Origin: Candidatus Latescibacterota bacterium
Lineage (GTDB): Bacteria; Latescibacterota; UBA2968; UBA8231
Length of the DNA: 64,000 bases
Assembly: GCA_965261395.1 (NCBI GenBank)
Contig: OZ253462.1
Location: 6,112,001-6,176,000 of the forward strand
Direction: 5' to 3'
The translations under genes were made by a program, and so were the position numbers. Positions 38,956 to 47,994 of this stretch are shown one piece after another (position 1 is the first letter of the stretch; each line of letters begins with the position of its first letter). Below the pieces are notes generated by a model. It saw only the letters and a list, made by a program, of their open reading frames with translations, had not been told where the DNA came from and searched no databases.

Positions 38956-39747
38956 ATGGCCCCACCACCATTCGAACACATCCTCTACGAAAAAAAGGGC
39001 CGCATCGCCTATGTGACGGTGAATCGCCCGCAGGTGATGAACGCCCTGCATCCCCCAGCCCACGCCGAGCTGACCAGGGCCTGGGACGACTTCATCGCCG
39101 ACGACCAGGTCTGGGTCGCCATTCTCACCGGCGCTGGCGAGCGCGCCTTCTCGGCCGGCTCGGACCTGAAATACCGCGTCGAACAAACAGACGACGATCA
39201 GCTGCGCAACCCGGTCCACTCCCCGGCCCACATCCTCGACCGCTGCTACAAGCCGATCATCGCCGCGGTCAACGGTTATGCCGTCGGCGGCGGTCTCGAA
39301 CTGGCGCTGCGCTGTGACTTGATCGTGGCGGCCGCAAGTGCCCGCTTCGGTTTGCCCGAGGCCCGACGTGGTCTGCTGGCCGATGCTGGCGGCGTGCTAA
39401 AATTGCCGCGCCGCATCCCCTACCACCTGGCCATGGGCATGATCCTGACCGGCAAGCTGTTCTCGGCGCGGGAAGCCCTGACCATGGGCTTGGTCAACGA
39501 AGTAGCCGACGACGAACCGGTGATGGCCACGGCCGAACGCTGGGCCGCCGAGATCCTGGAGTGTGGTCCCCTCGCCGTCCAAGCCGCCAAGCAGGTAGCG
39601 CTGCACACCATCGAGACCCCCATTTCCCAGGCGCAGTGCCAGCTTGAGGATCTGACGGCGGTGCGCCGCCTGCGGCTGTCGGAGGACTACGCCGAGGGGC
39701 CGCAGGCATTCGCCGAAAAACGCAAACCACAATGGAAGGCAAGATGA
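38956..39747 (+). CDS. Enoyl-CoA hydratase/isomerase (crotonase) family
   Basis: NRPQVMNAL, AFSAGSDL, KPIIAAVNGYAVGGGLE, FGLPE, EG..AFAEKRKPQW. Confidence 0.95.
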   Translation: MAPPPFEHILYEKKGRIAYVTVNRPQVMNALHPPAHAELTRAWDDFIADDQVWVAILTGAGERAFSAGSDLKYRVEQTDDDQLRNPVHSPAHILDRCYKPIIAAVNGYAVGGGLELALRCDLIVAAASARFGLPEARRGLLADAGGVLKLPRRIPYHLAMGMILTGKLFSAREALTMGLVNEVADDEPVMATAERWAAEILECGPLAVQAAKQVALHTIETPISQAQCQLEDLTAVRRLRLSEDYAEGPQAFAEKRKPQWKAR

Positions 39748-39818
39748 GCAATCAGGCCAAAAGTGACGCGGGCGCTGCCCGGCCTAGGTGTCGAGGTTGA
39801 CGAAGAAAAACTATTATT

Positions 39819-39988
39819 GTCATTCCCGCGAAAGCGGGAATCCAGCCTAGCGCACGGTGCGGACTTCGGTGCATTCAGTCAAGCCATTTAAGTCGCTCCG
39901 CCGAACCGCCGAGGGTTGATCTGGATGCCTGCTTTCGCAGAGCCTGCCCTTGTGGAAGCAGGGCATGACAAAAGCTGCGTAACATCAG
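39819..39988. repeat. Composite palindromic element, copy 1 (REP/dRS3-like hairpins ending in an IS701-type end)
   Basis: GTCATTCCCGCGAAAGCGGGAATCCAG ... CTGGATGCCTGCTTTCGCAG[insert]GCATGAC ... GCTGCGTAACATCAG; homologous to 41400-41595. Confidence 0.8.
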
Positions 39989-40001
39989 CTAGTAAGTTGA
40001 A

Positions 40002-40029
40002 TTGAGTCTGGCGAAATATTGGCTATAAT
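40002..40029 (+). promoter_or_regulatory. Putative sigma70 promoter of the pRiA4b ORF3-like gene
   Basis: TTGAGT-16 nt-TATAAT. Confidence 0.55.
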
Positions 40030-40077
40030 GCACATTGCGAGCAGGATTTAGCGCTCTAGTAGACGGGATTGCAGGCC

Positions 40078-41400
40078 ATGACGGCAGCCATTCAGATCAG
40101 CGAAACAGAGCCGACCGCATTACTAAAGGATTTTTCTGAGTTCACTACTTACTTGACACATCACCCAGTGATCCTGGCTACGGCTCGGGAATTCATCGGC
40201 GGCAGGGATCTCTGTGCTCTCAACGAGGCTATGAGCGAGCCCGTGCCGGAGACGACAACCCGGACGCGCCAGACGCTCTATCCCCAATTGCATTTGTTCT
40301 ACCATCTCGCACTGGCGGGTGAACTATTTCACAAAGTGCCCGGCAAGGGTGGAAAACTCATACTCGAAGCTACGGATCGCCTCGCGCAGTACGAAGAGTT
40401 GAAGCTAACGGAACGCTACTTTTTCCTGCTGGAGACCTTCTGGGTGGATTGCGACTGGAAAAAACTGCAATCGGGCCACGGTGTCCGTCTCGATCCTCCA
40501 TACGAAGTGCCTCCGGTCATCGAGTTGCTGGGCGAGCCCGCAGCAGCAAGAAAAAAAAAGAAGTGGAAGGATATATTCGCTCGGAGCCTCTCTTCCCTAG
40601 AATACTTGGTGCTGCACCTTGCGGCATTCGGGTTCTGGCGGGTTGAACCCGATCGCGAGACCAAGGGACGGTCGAAGCACGATATCCGGTTTAAACGGAT
40701 TGAACTGACGGAGTTTGGCGCGACACTGGCACCGATCTTGGCCGGTGAGCGGGACTTTCTTCATTGGAATCTACCGACCCGGCGGCAAGCGTTCGGCGAG
40801 TGGAAGGCCAAACCAGGCGATCCACTTGACGAGAAGAGAGTTTCTATATGCCGATTAGTGACGGGGGCGAAAACGAGATTGGAGAAAAAATCTCCCGAAA
40901 TATATGGGGAACAGGCCGACGAGCCGTTTTACCAGCCTTTTGAGCCACTGGTTGATATGGAAGAACTCAAGCGCGGTTTGCCACGGAAGCGCATTGAGTT
41001 CGAGGACGGTATTTACTGTTTCAACGTTGCCTTAAAGAAAAATCTCTGGCGGCGGATTGAGACGGCGGGTGGGCATACGCTGGAGGATCTGCACCATGCC
41101 ATCCAGGAGGCCTACGGTTTCGACGACGACCATCTCTACGCCTTCTTTATGGACGGCGAATTCTGGTCCGACGACAAGTTCACGTCGCCACATGACGAGG
41201 AAGGCCCTCATGTGGACGAGACGCAGATCGGGGAGTTGGATCTGTCGGAGGGGCAGCGCATGCTCTACCTGTTCGACTACGGGGACGAATGGCTTTTTCA
41301 GATCGCGGTGGAAGCGATTCGCAAAAGCGGGGCACGACCCCACAAGCCGAAGGTCGTAGGACAGAAGGGAAAAGCGCCTGAACAATACGAGTATTATTGA
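40078..41400 (+). CDS. Plasmid pRiA4b ORF-3 family protein
   Basis: C-terminal WRRIE...TLEDLHHAIQEAYGFDDDHLYAF...YLFDYGDEW.F. Confidence 0.88.
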   Translation: MTAAIQISETEPTALLKDFSEFTTYLTHHPVILATAREFIGGRDLCALNEAMSEPVPETTTRTRQTLYPQLHLFYHLALAGELFHKVPGKGGKLILEATDRLAQYEELKLTERYFFLLETFWVDCDWKKLQSGHGVRLDPPYEVPPVIELLGEPAAARKKKKWKDIFARSLSSLEYLVLHLAAFGFWRVEPDRETKGRSKHDIRFKRIELTEFGATLAPILAGERDFLHWNLPTRRQAFGEWKAKPGDPLDEKRVSICRLVTGAKTRLEKKSPEIYGEQADEPFYQPFEPLVDMEELKRGLPRKRIEFEDGIYCFNVALKKNLWRRIETAGGHTLEDLHHAIQEAYGFDDDHLYAFFMDGEFWSDDKFTSPHDEEGPHVDETQIGELDLSEGQRMLYLFDYGDEWLFQIAVEAIRKSGARPHKPKVVGQKGKAPEQYEYY

Positions 41401-41595
41401 CTGATGTTACGCAGCCGTTATCGTCTGCGGCAGGATGCGGACTTCGGGGCGCTCGGTCGAGTGGTTCAGCGGTTCGGCTGAGCGCATCGAAGCCCGAATC
41501 GCCGAGGATTAATCTGGATGCCTGCTTGCGCAGGCATGACACGACTCGACCGAGCGGACATAGACCAAGAGCTCGTAAGGCTGCGTAACATCAGT
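41400..41595. mobile_element. MITE-like element with 17-bp perfect TIRs related to IS701 ends (copy 2)
   Basis: ACTGATGTTACGCAGCC / GGCTGCGTAACATCAGT; internal inverted repeat CGCTCGGTCGAGT / ACTCGACCGAGCG; CTGGATGCCTGCTTGCGCAGGCATGAC. Confidence 0.8.
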
Positions 41596-41655
41596 TCTTA
41601 ACGAGAACTGATATGACCAACAAACTCAAAAATGCTTTCGACAAAATCTCAACTC
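41595..41655 (+). repeat. Duplicated 5' end of the antitoxin gene (copy of 38253-38313)
   Basis: TTCTTAACGAG plus 43 identical nt ATGACCAACAAACTCAAAAATGCTTTCGACAAAATCTCAACTC. Confidence 0.9.
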
Positions 41656-43261
41656 CTCTTCCGAATAGCCGTATTTACTCGCCATGTACTGGGTCTCCAC
41701 TTTAACTTTGACGCGGCTGGCCTACAAATTCCACTTCCCGACTACTTGATGCTTGATATCTTTCCGCCTGCATCTTGAAAAACTTGGCATAGATTCCATC
41801 GCGCTGGACCAATTCCTCGTGTCGGCCTTCCTCGCATAGACGGCCCTCGTCGAGCACTAAGATGCGGTTGGCCGTTCTGACTGTTGATAGTCGGTGTGAC
41901 ACCAAAATGGAAGTCCGGCGGCCAGCGATGTCCAACAGCAATTTGTACAACTCATACTCGGCCTCCGGGTCCATCGCCGCCGTCGGTTCATCCAAAATAA
42001 GTACTTCAGCCTCCACCTTATAGAGACAACGGGCAAGGGCCAGATGCTGCCACTGCCCAACCGACAGATCGGTACCCTCCAAAGATCGCCCCAACTGGGT
42101 TTGTAGGCCGTCGGGCAACCCCTTGAGAACGTGGTCTAAACGGGTTGCGACGACGACCTCATCTATGCCGCCATCGGTATCCTCTCGATGCATGTCGCCC
42201 AGCCGAATGTTGTCTTCTACGGTTTGCTCGTACTGGGCAAAGTCCTGAAAGACAGCCGATGTCGCCGTGAGCAAGGCATTCTGGCCATCGGCGCGAACCT
42301 CTTTACCGCGAAACAACACCTTTCCTTCCGTCGGCTCTAGCAAGCCACAGAGCAGCTTCGCCAATGTGGTCTTGCCCGCACCGTTTCTACCCACGAGAGC
42401 TATTGTATCGGAGTCATAGATGTCAAACGAGATGTCATTGAGCGCATTGCCGCGCTCCCCGGGATAATGAAAGCTGACATTTCTAAAACTGATCATGGGC
42501 TCATGTGCCGCCTGTATTCCTCGTCGCGCTTGGGATGGTTGGGCAGTCTCGTCCTCGTTTCCTTCGGGAAGGTTCATGAATTCAAAGTAGTCCGATATGA
42601 ACAAGCTGCATCGGAACAATTGGGCAATTCCATTCGCCATGAGCCTTGTCGCATTGCGAAACTGGAGCGTAGCGGCCAAACCCATGGCCAAGTCTCCGAG
42701 ACTGATGATACCTTGACTGGCGCGCAGAACGATGAAGATATAGATCCCCGCCGCAGCGGCTATGCTTGGAATATCTGCGATTATTACTATCTTGTTTCGC
42801 GCTAGGAACAGCGCGCGATTCTCGCGGTAGCACTTCTCCCAAATCGCCTTGTAGTTTGCCAGCCAGTGTTGGGCAAAACCAAAGATCCGCACCTCTTTTG
42901 CATACGCGCGATCGCACAATACCTTTGCATGATATTCAAGGCGACGACGATCCGAACTCTGATACCGGAAAAGTTCGTGACCATCGAGTATGTAGCGAAG
43001 TTGTGATAAGAAATAGGGGATTGCTGCGACGATAACAAGGAGCGAAAGCCAGCCACTAAAGAGTGAGAGAAGGGCCGCAACCGAGACGAGACCTAAGATA
43101 GAAGATATCGCTTGGAAGAGGAAAAGCGACGTGTATTCAGGCCAGCCTTTTCTTTGTTCTGCTGCTTCTATCTTGTTGTAGAACGCGCTGTCCTCATAAC
43201 AGCGATATGGAACCCTACTAGCTTTTTCTGCCAAATCGTGCTGAGCCACATAAGTGGCCCT

Positions 43262-44839
43262 GGGTGCATTAGGTGATTGTTACGGTTTTGGTGGTTGTTT
43301 TTAGGTTGTCTCGGTACTGCTGAAAGACCCGGTCAAGCGTTCCATTGTACAAGGCGCAACGCAGGGCAAGAATGGCGTTGCTGTTTTCCTTATACCACCA
43401 AGCGCCCGAGCGTTTCAGACGAACATGGCCGATGAAGCGATGCGCCGATTCGATCGCACCCGACCCGATCGGGTATCCGCCCTTGCGATGGCTGCCGAAA
43501 TCGACTTGATGCAATCGCTTTTGCAGGTACGTCAAGGCCGTGCCGATCGCTTCTTCGGCCTCTTCCGAGACCGCCTGCATGCGCTGCAGACCCCAAACCA
43601 CGCCGGTGCCCTCACCGCAGAACAGGCGCGCCAGAGTCGCTTCCAGCCAATGGCTGGCGCGCGCCGCATCGGTGCCGTATTGAGCCTCGGCCACCGCGTG
43701 CAGGTAGCGGCTACAATGGTAGTAGTCGAGGATCTGACGGGCGCTCGGGAACAGTTCCTCCACCCATTTCCAGATCCACGGGGCTCCGTCCCCGATGGCA
43801 CACAAGCGCACCTGCTCCTCCGGGATCAGCCCCGCCTCCTTGACCTGGCGCAAGGCCGAGCCGAAGGCCTGTTCGTCGCCCATCTGGTGCCAGGAGATCA
43901 GCTGCTCGATGCGCTCATCGTCTACCAAGTAGAAGCGAAAGCCCTTGGCTTCGTGGTATTCACCCTGCCAACGCCTTCGCCGAGCCCGGCTCTTCTTGCG
44001 CCCCGGACGAGTCCCTTTGGCGGTCTCGGGACGACTGGGCACGTCGGCCGCGTCGATGGCCAACACCACGATGGGCCGCCACTTGCGAGCGGCGGCGGCT
44101 TGAGCAATGCGATCCTGGATGTCGGCCGCGTCCGGACACACCTGCAGCACGTCCAACGACCCGGTCTGTTGCAGCACCTCGTGAATCACACAGTCGCTCA
44201 TCGACGCGTCGGTCAGCTCGTCCAGCAGCTTCGCGGCGCGCTGGTGGGGCATCTCCAGCGCCAGCTTGACCCCGGCGTTTTGAACGTCCCACTGCTTGCG
44301 GTGCCCCGACAGGCCCAGGGCCTCGTCCAGCGGATAAAAGCCGTGCTCACAGGAAACGCAGTAGAAATAGGGCCGCTCCAAGGGCACCGGCCCGAGCAGC
44401 GTCTCCACCGTGCGCGAGCGCGACGGTCGCGCACGCAGGACGCGCTCACACTTCGGGCAGGCCGCCTCTTCTTGCGCCAGGAACTGGCCGTGGCGGCGTT
44501 CGATGAAGGCTTCCACCACCGCCGCGGTAAGCCCGGAGCGCTCTTGCGACACCGCCTCGGTAATCTCCATCAACGTCGGCGGAGTAGATCCGTGCTCGCT
44601 CATTTGCGTCTCCACCCGATCCAGCAACTCGTCCAGGGCTTCATGCGCTCTACTTCGAAAGCGCGCCCACTGCTGCCGCTGCTGAAAGGGCGCCAGAGAG
44701 AGAATCGCAGGCATTGCTCCCCTTCTTTCTCAATCGAGGGGAGCGTGCCGCGGGGGAGGCGGCAAAAGAATAGAACAAGTTACTGTAAAATATACACATA
44801 CGTACCGAAATCGTGCCATAACAATCGGCTAAGGTGCCC
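43262..44839 (-). mobile_element. ISLre2/ISKra4-like element with a 9-bp target duplication
   Basis: Direct repeats AGTGGCCCT at 43253-43261 and 44840-44848; imperfect TIRs GGGTGCATTAGGTGATTGTTACGG / rc GGGCACCTTAGCCGATTGTTATGG. Confidence 0.92.
43269..44714 (-). CDS. ISLre2/ISKra4 (UPF0236) transposase
   Basis: CPKC..C..C, GDGAPWIW, ILDYYH, IGSGAIESAH, RLKRSGAWW. Confidence 0.92.
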   Translation of the reverse strand: MPAILSLAPFQQRQQWARFRSRAHEALDELLDRVETQMSEHGSTPPTLMEITEAVSQERSGLTAAVVEAFIERRHGQFLAQEEAACPKCERVLRARPSRSRTVETLLGPVPLERPYFYCVSCEHGFYPLDEALGLSGHRKQWDVQNAGVKLALEMPHQRAAKLLDELTDASMSDCVIHEVLQQTGSLDVLQVCPDAADIQDRIAQAAAARKWRPIVVLAIDAADVPSRPETAKGTRPGRKKSRARRRRWQGEYHEAKGFRFYLVDDERIEQLISWHQMGDEQAFGSALRQVKEAGLIPEEQVRLCAIGDGAPWIWKWVEELFPSARQILDYYHCSRYLHAVAEAQYGTDAARASHWLEATLARLFCGEGTGVVWGLQRMQAVSEEAEEAIGTALTYLQKRLHQVDFGSHRKGGYPIGSGAIESAHRFIGHVRLKRSGAWWYKENSNAILALRCALYNGTLDRVFQQYRDNLKTTTKTVTIT

Positions 44840-45264
44840 AGTGGCCCTTGTGCCCAGAATCGCTCTCATTGGACGCCATAGAACATCAGTCGCCAACGCG
44901 ACGATCCACACCGCGATTTGCCCCCCCATCAACACGCCGAGCGTCGTGTACTCCATCGGCTCATTGGCCTGCCGAGCGATCCAGAGCGACTCGGCTTCAT
45001 CGACCAATAGCTTTGTGAAATAGATAGAAATAGAAACCGCAATACCATCATAGATCGTCAGCAGCATTGAAAGGATGAAATAGGCCCTACCAGCCCGCTG
45101 ATATACTTTCAGTATCTGCGGGAGGAGTGTTAAAAAACACCGCAAGCCAGATGCAACCTCGCGGAATTTATACGCCATAATGAGATCCCTCAAACTTAAT
45201 ACGCGACACCAATAATAATTTGCAGTGCGGCTCGGCGTTAGGTTTATTCGTTGTTGCCCAACAA

Positions 45265-46620
45265 TCAGGACCCATCACAATAAGCCATCCGCATCGGCAT
45301 CAGCACGGCAGCGTGGTGATCCTCTCCCGCCTCGAAGTGAAGGGGTGCCTCACTATGCGCAAGATATATCCGTATCTCCTCCCCCCCGTCTTTCAGCGCC
45401 TCCACAATCGTTGTGAGGAAGTCGTGATTGAGGCCGGCGCGGAATGATCCTCCATCCTCGATATTCGTCACATCAGCAGGGCAGCTCACGGAGTGCTCCC
45501 AGTCCGGGAGGTCGTCGCCGTGCAGGTCGTCCGCATTTTCTCCGTTCTGACTGAACCCCTGATCCCGCGTCGTTCGCAGCACCAGCTTCCCCTCCACACC
45601 CGACACCCGCATCTCTACGCTAGGCACGTACTCCCAGCCACTTTTCACCAGTTCGTGGCGGTCTCTGAGGAACGGCTCGATCTCCTCCACGCAGGCCATT
45701 AGGTGCTCGCTGCGCACGACCGCCAAGATCGGACCGTGGGAGCCGACGGCCTCTTGGTATTTGAGGTACGGTCCGGGAGTTGATGGCAACGTCACTCTGC
45801 AGCCGTCCGGAGTCCGCAACGTGGCAGATTCCTCTTCGATAATCAGCGTTGCCGAGTCCGTCTCCGGGACCATTCCAGCTTGCAGCGAATCGAGGATCAC
45901 CGGGGCCGGCAGCGACGCCAAACCTTTGCTCGACCAGTTGAGCAGCCGCGAGCCGTCGGTCGCGACAATCCTACCACCGGCGTCGAGACAGACGCAGTGC
46001 ATAATGGGCCGCTTGGGATCGTCGCTTGTGAAGCGAGCTACGTGACGCAATCCGGCCAGATCGTCCGGCCCGAGTTCGAATGTCTGTGCAGTGCTGGATT
46101 CCGCCATCGCCATGATCTCCTTTTGCAGGCGTTTCCGGGCCTTTTGCAGACGGCTCTTTACCACTCCGATTTGGAGGTGCAGCAAGGTTGCTGTCTGCTG
46201 ATAGGAATAGCCCTTGAGGTAGTGGTGGACGATCACGTCTCGGTGGGAGTCACTCAATCGTCCGATCGCCTTCCGCACCAACGCCCTGATCTCCTGCTTC
46301 TCCTGTTCAGGCGGTACCGCGAGGTCGAGCTGATCCAAAAGATTGAGTTGCGTCAGACGGCGCCGCTGCCACATGCGTGCTTTGTTGTCCGCAATCGAGC
46401 ACAGCCAGGCACCGAACCGGTCGGGAGCGCGCAGCTCCGCTAGCTGCTGGTACGCGGCAATGAACGCCTCCTGTAGGACGTCCTCTGCCACCTCTTGCGA
46501 GCCCAGCCTGCGGGTGAGCCGCACCAGCAACCACGGCGTGTGTTCCTCAACGAGCGAACCAAACGCCGCCGAGTCGCCAGCAGTAGCCCTCTGCACGCAG
46601 CTTTCTCCATTCCGTTCCAT
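45265..46620 (-). CDS. ECF sigma-70 factor fused to DNA polymerase III beta-clamp domains II-III
   Basis: sigma2 (GD.AAF..LV, AEDVLQEAF, FGAWL..IA.N) and sigma4 (GYSYQQTA..L......VKSRL.KAR..L), then RPIM..V, VATDGSRL, GPY..Y, GLN..FL...ALK, VLMPMRM, matching DnaN VATDGHRL, GRFPDY, GFN..Y, VVMPMRL. Confidence 0.88.
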   Translation of the reverse strand: MERNGESCVQRATAGDSAAFGSLVEEHTPWLLVRLTRRLGSQEVAEDVLQEAFIAAYQQLAELRAPDRFGAWLCSIADNKARMWQRRRLTQLNLLDQLDLAVPPEQEKQEIRALVRKAIGRLSDSHRDVIVHHYLKGYSYQQTATLLHLQIGVVKSRLQKARKRLQKEIMAMAESSTAQTFELGPDDLAGLRHVARFTSDDPKRPIMHCVCLDAGGRIVATDGSRLLNWSSKGLASLPAPVILDSLQAGMVPETDSATLIIEEESATLRTPDGCRVTLPSTPGPYLKYQEAVGSHGPILAVVRSEHLMACVEEIEPFLRDRHELVKSGWEYVPSVEMRVSGVEGKLVLRTTRDQGFSQNGENADDLHGDDLPDWEHSVSCPADVTNIEDGGSFRAGLNHDFLTTIVEALKDGGEEIRIYLAHSEAPLHFEAGEDHHAAVLMPMRMAYCDGS

Positions 46621-46746
46621 GGTCACCCTTATAGTTGCTTCCTAGGCGACAAAGGTATCCGAAAAAAGGAGCCGTCGGGACAAATTACGCCTGCATCTTC
46701 AATTCGGTTAGTGGTTCTTTTGTAGGTTGGACGTGAATCCGACGGG

Positions 46747-47994
46747 CTAGAAATTATACATCAGGCTCAGATCAATGAAGCTGTCGCGTCGGGTCTCGTA
46801 GTGGATATCCGCTGGGTCAACATTGAGGAGATAGATCGACTCTAGATTCACAGACCACTGGTCGGCGATGCGGCGCTCCAATGCAACCGCTAAGGCGCGG
46901 GTAGCCCGGTCCACATCCCCCAGAATACTGGCGACAATTTCACTGCTCTGGACATCGTTGAGCGCAAGGCGAGCGGCGAAGAAGAGATCGTTTTCGAGCG
47001 TATTGGGCGAGCGGCTTGGGGTCGCATTGCGGCCCCGGCTATCGTAATTCCATTCGCCGAGCAGATTGAGATCGGCAGCCGAGCCAAATACGGAATAGAA
47101 CGTGTATTCGCCACCGCAAACGGAAGCAACGTAATCCTCTTCCCGGCCGGACAGGTTGCGAGCGCCAGCGCGCTGAATGGCCTCCAGCTTGAACAACCAA
47201 GAGCCGACCGTTAGCTGGGCGTCCAATCCAAACTGGCGGATCTGCGCGTAGTACTGACCTAAGGCCGGCGCGCCGCTAGCGTCCAAGAGTAGCTTCAAAG
47301 AAGGCTCCCGGCTAGTGCCGTTGAATGCGCTCACACCCAGATCGAGAAGCCCAAAACTCTGACTGTACCGAGCGGCGAGATCTACATGCCGCTCCTCGGC
47401 CTCGCTCTCGTACTCGACCTGCTCATCTTCTACCAAGAGCGGGAGACGCAAGCGACCCGCTCGGCCCGGAAAGGTGCGGGCGCGGTGGTAGGGCAAAGCA
47501 AAAAATTCCATCACCCCCCAATCACTAGACCAAGTAAAATGGACCATGGGTTGCCCCAGCTTAGCTTCGCCAGCCGGATGTTCAACGAGATCGACTTGGT
47601 TGACGATATCGACCAAGTGCTGCGATTCGGTTACGCCCCAGAACACCTGATCGACGCCCACGCGCAGCTCCCATTCGCCATCGCCGATTTCGCCGAATAA
47701 CAGCAGATAGGCTTCGCGCAGATCGGCATGAGTGCGGCGTGGGTCGGTGTTGTCGTAGCGAAAGAATGGAGCTAAAGTGAGGCTTCTACCCGCAGCGTCT
47801 TCAAGGTAGAGTTTGGGCACTGCGACAAAGCCGCTCGCATGGGAGCGCTGGTCGGGATGAGCACCAGCTTCGGGGAACCATCGGCTTTCGACGTTCAAGC
47901 GCCCGGAAAACTCGTGGTCAATCTCGGTTCCGGCGCGTGCTTCAACGGCCAAGGCCAAAATCCAGACCGCGCCGAGAGCGGCACGGAGTAGCAT
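46747..47994 (-). CDS. Putative outer-membrane beta-barrel protein
   Basis: Signal peptide (VEARA-G), DLREAY, VFWGVTE, amphipathic strands, C-terminal YNF; TGATG coupling to the upstream gene. Confidence 0.75.
   Translation of the reverse strand: MLLRAALGAVWILALAVEARAGTEIDHEFSGRLNVESRWFPEAGAHPDQRSHASGFVAVPKLYLEDAAGRSLTLAPFFRYDNTDPRRTHADLREAYLLLFGEIGDGEWELRVGVDQVFWGVTESQHLVDIVNQVDLVEHPAGEAKLGQPMVHFTWSSDWGVMEFFALPYHRARTFPGRAGRLRLPLLVEDEQVEYESEAEERHVDLAARYSQSFGLLDLGVSAFNGTSREPSLKLLLDASGAPALGQYYAQIRQFGLDAQLTVGSWLFKLEAIQRAGARNLSGREEDYVASVCGGEYTFYSVFGSAADLNLLGEWNYDSRGRNATPSRSPNTLENDLFFAARLALNDVQSSEIVASILGDVDRATRALAVALERRIADQWSVNLESIYLLNVDPADIHYETRRDSFIDLSLMYNF

Larger units (their letters stand above)
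41702..45178 (-). pseudogene. ABC exporter (TMD+NBD, peptide-exporter-like) interrupted by an IS
   Basis: ATG 45178 with GAGGGA; GRNGAGKT, LSVGQWQ, ILDEPT, SHRL; removing the IS restores LGTRATYVAQH. Confidence 0.9.

Noticed and set aside
39819-41595. CRISPR array or classical integron attC sites
   Set aside because: Only two long diverged copies, no regular repeat-spacer period, no cas or intI gene, no clear RYYYAAC/GTTRRRY pair
43425-45023. 532-aa plus-strand ORF
   Set aside because: Antisense to the transposase and crosses the IS boundary; no motifs
45265-46100. Calling this gene dnaN or an origin region
   Set aside because: Domain I is replaced by a sigma factor, and there is no dnaA, recF, gyrB or DnaA-box cluster nearby
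46627-46680. ECF autoregulatory promoter (GGCTCC-N16-TGTC on the minus strand)
   Set aside because: Plausible spacing, but there is no second copy in the window to support the motif
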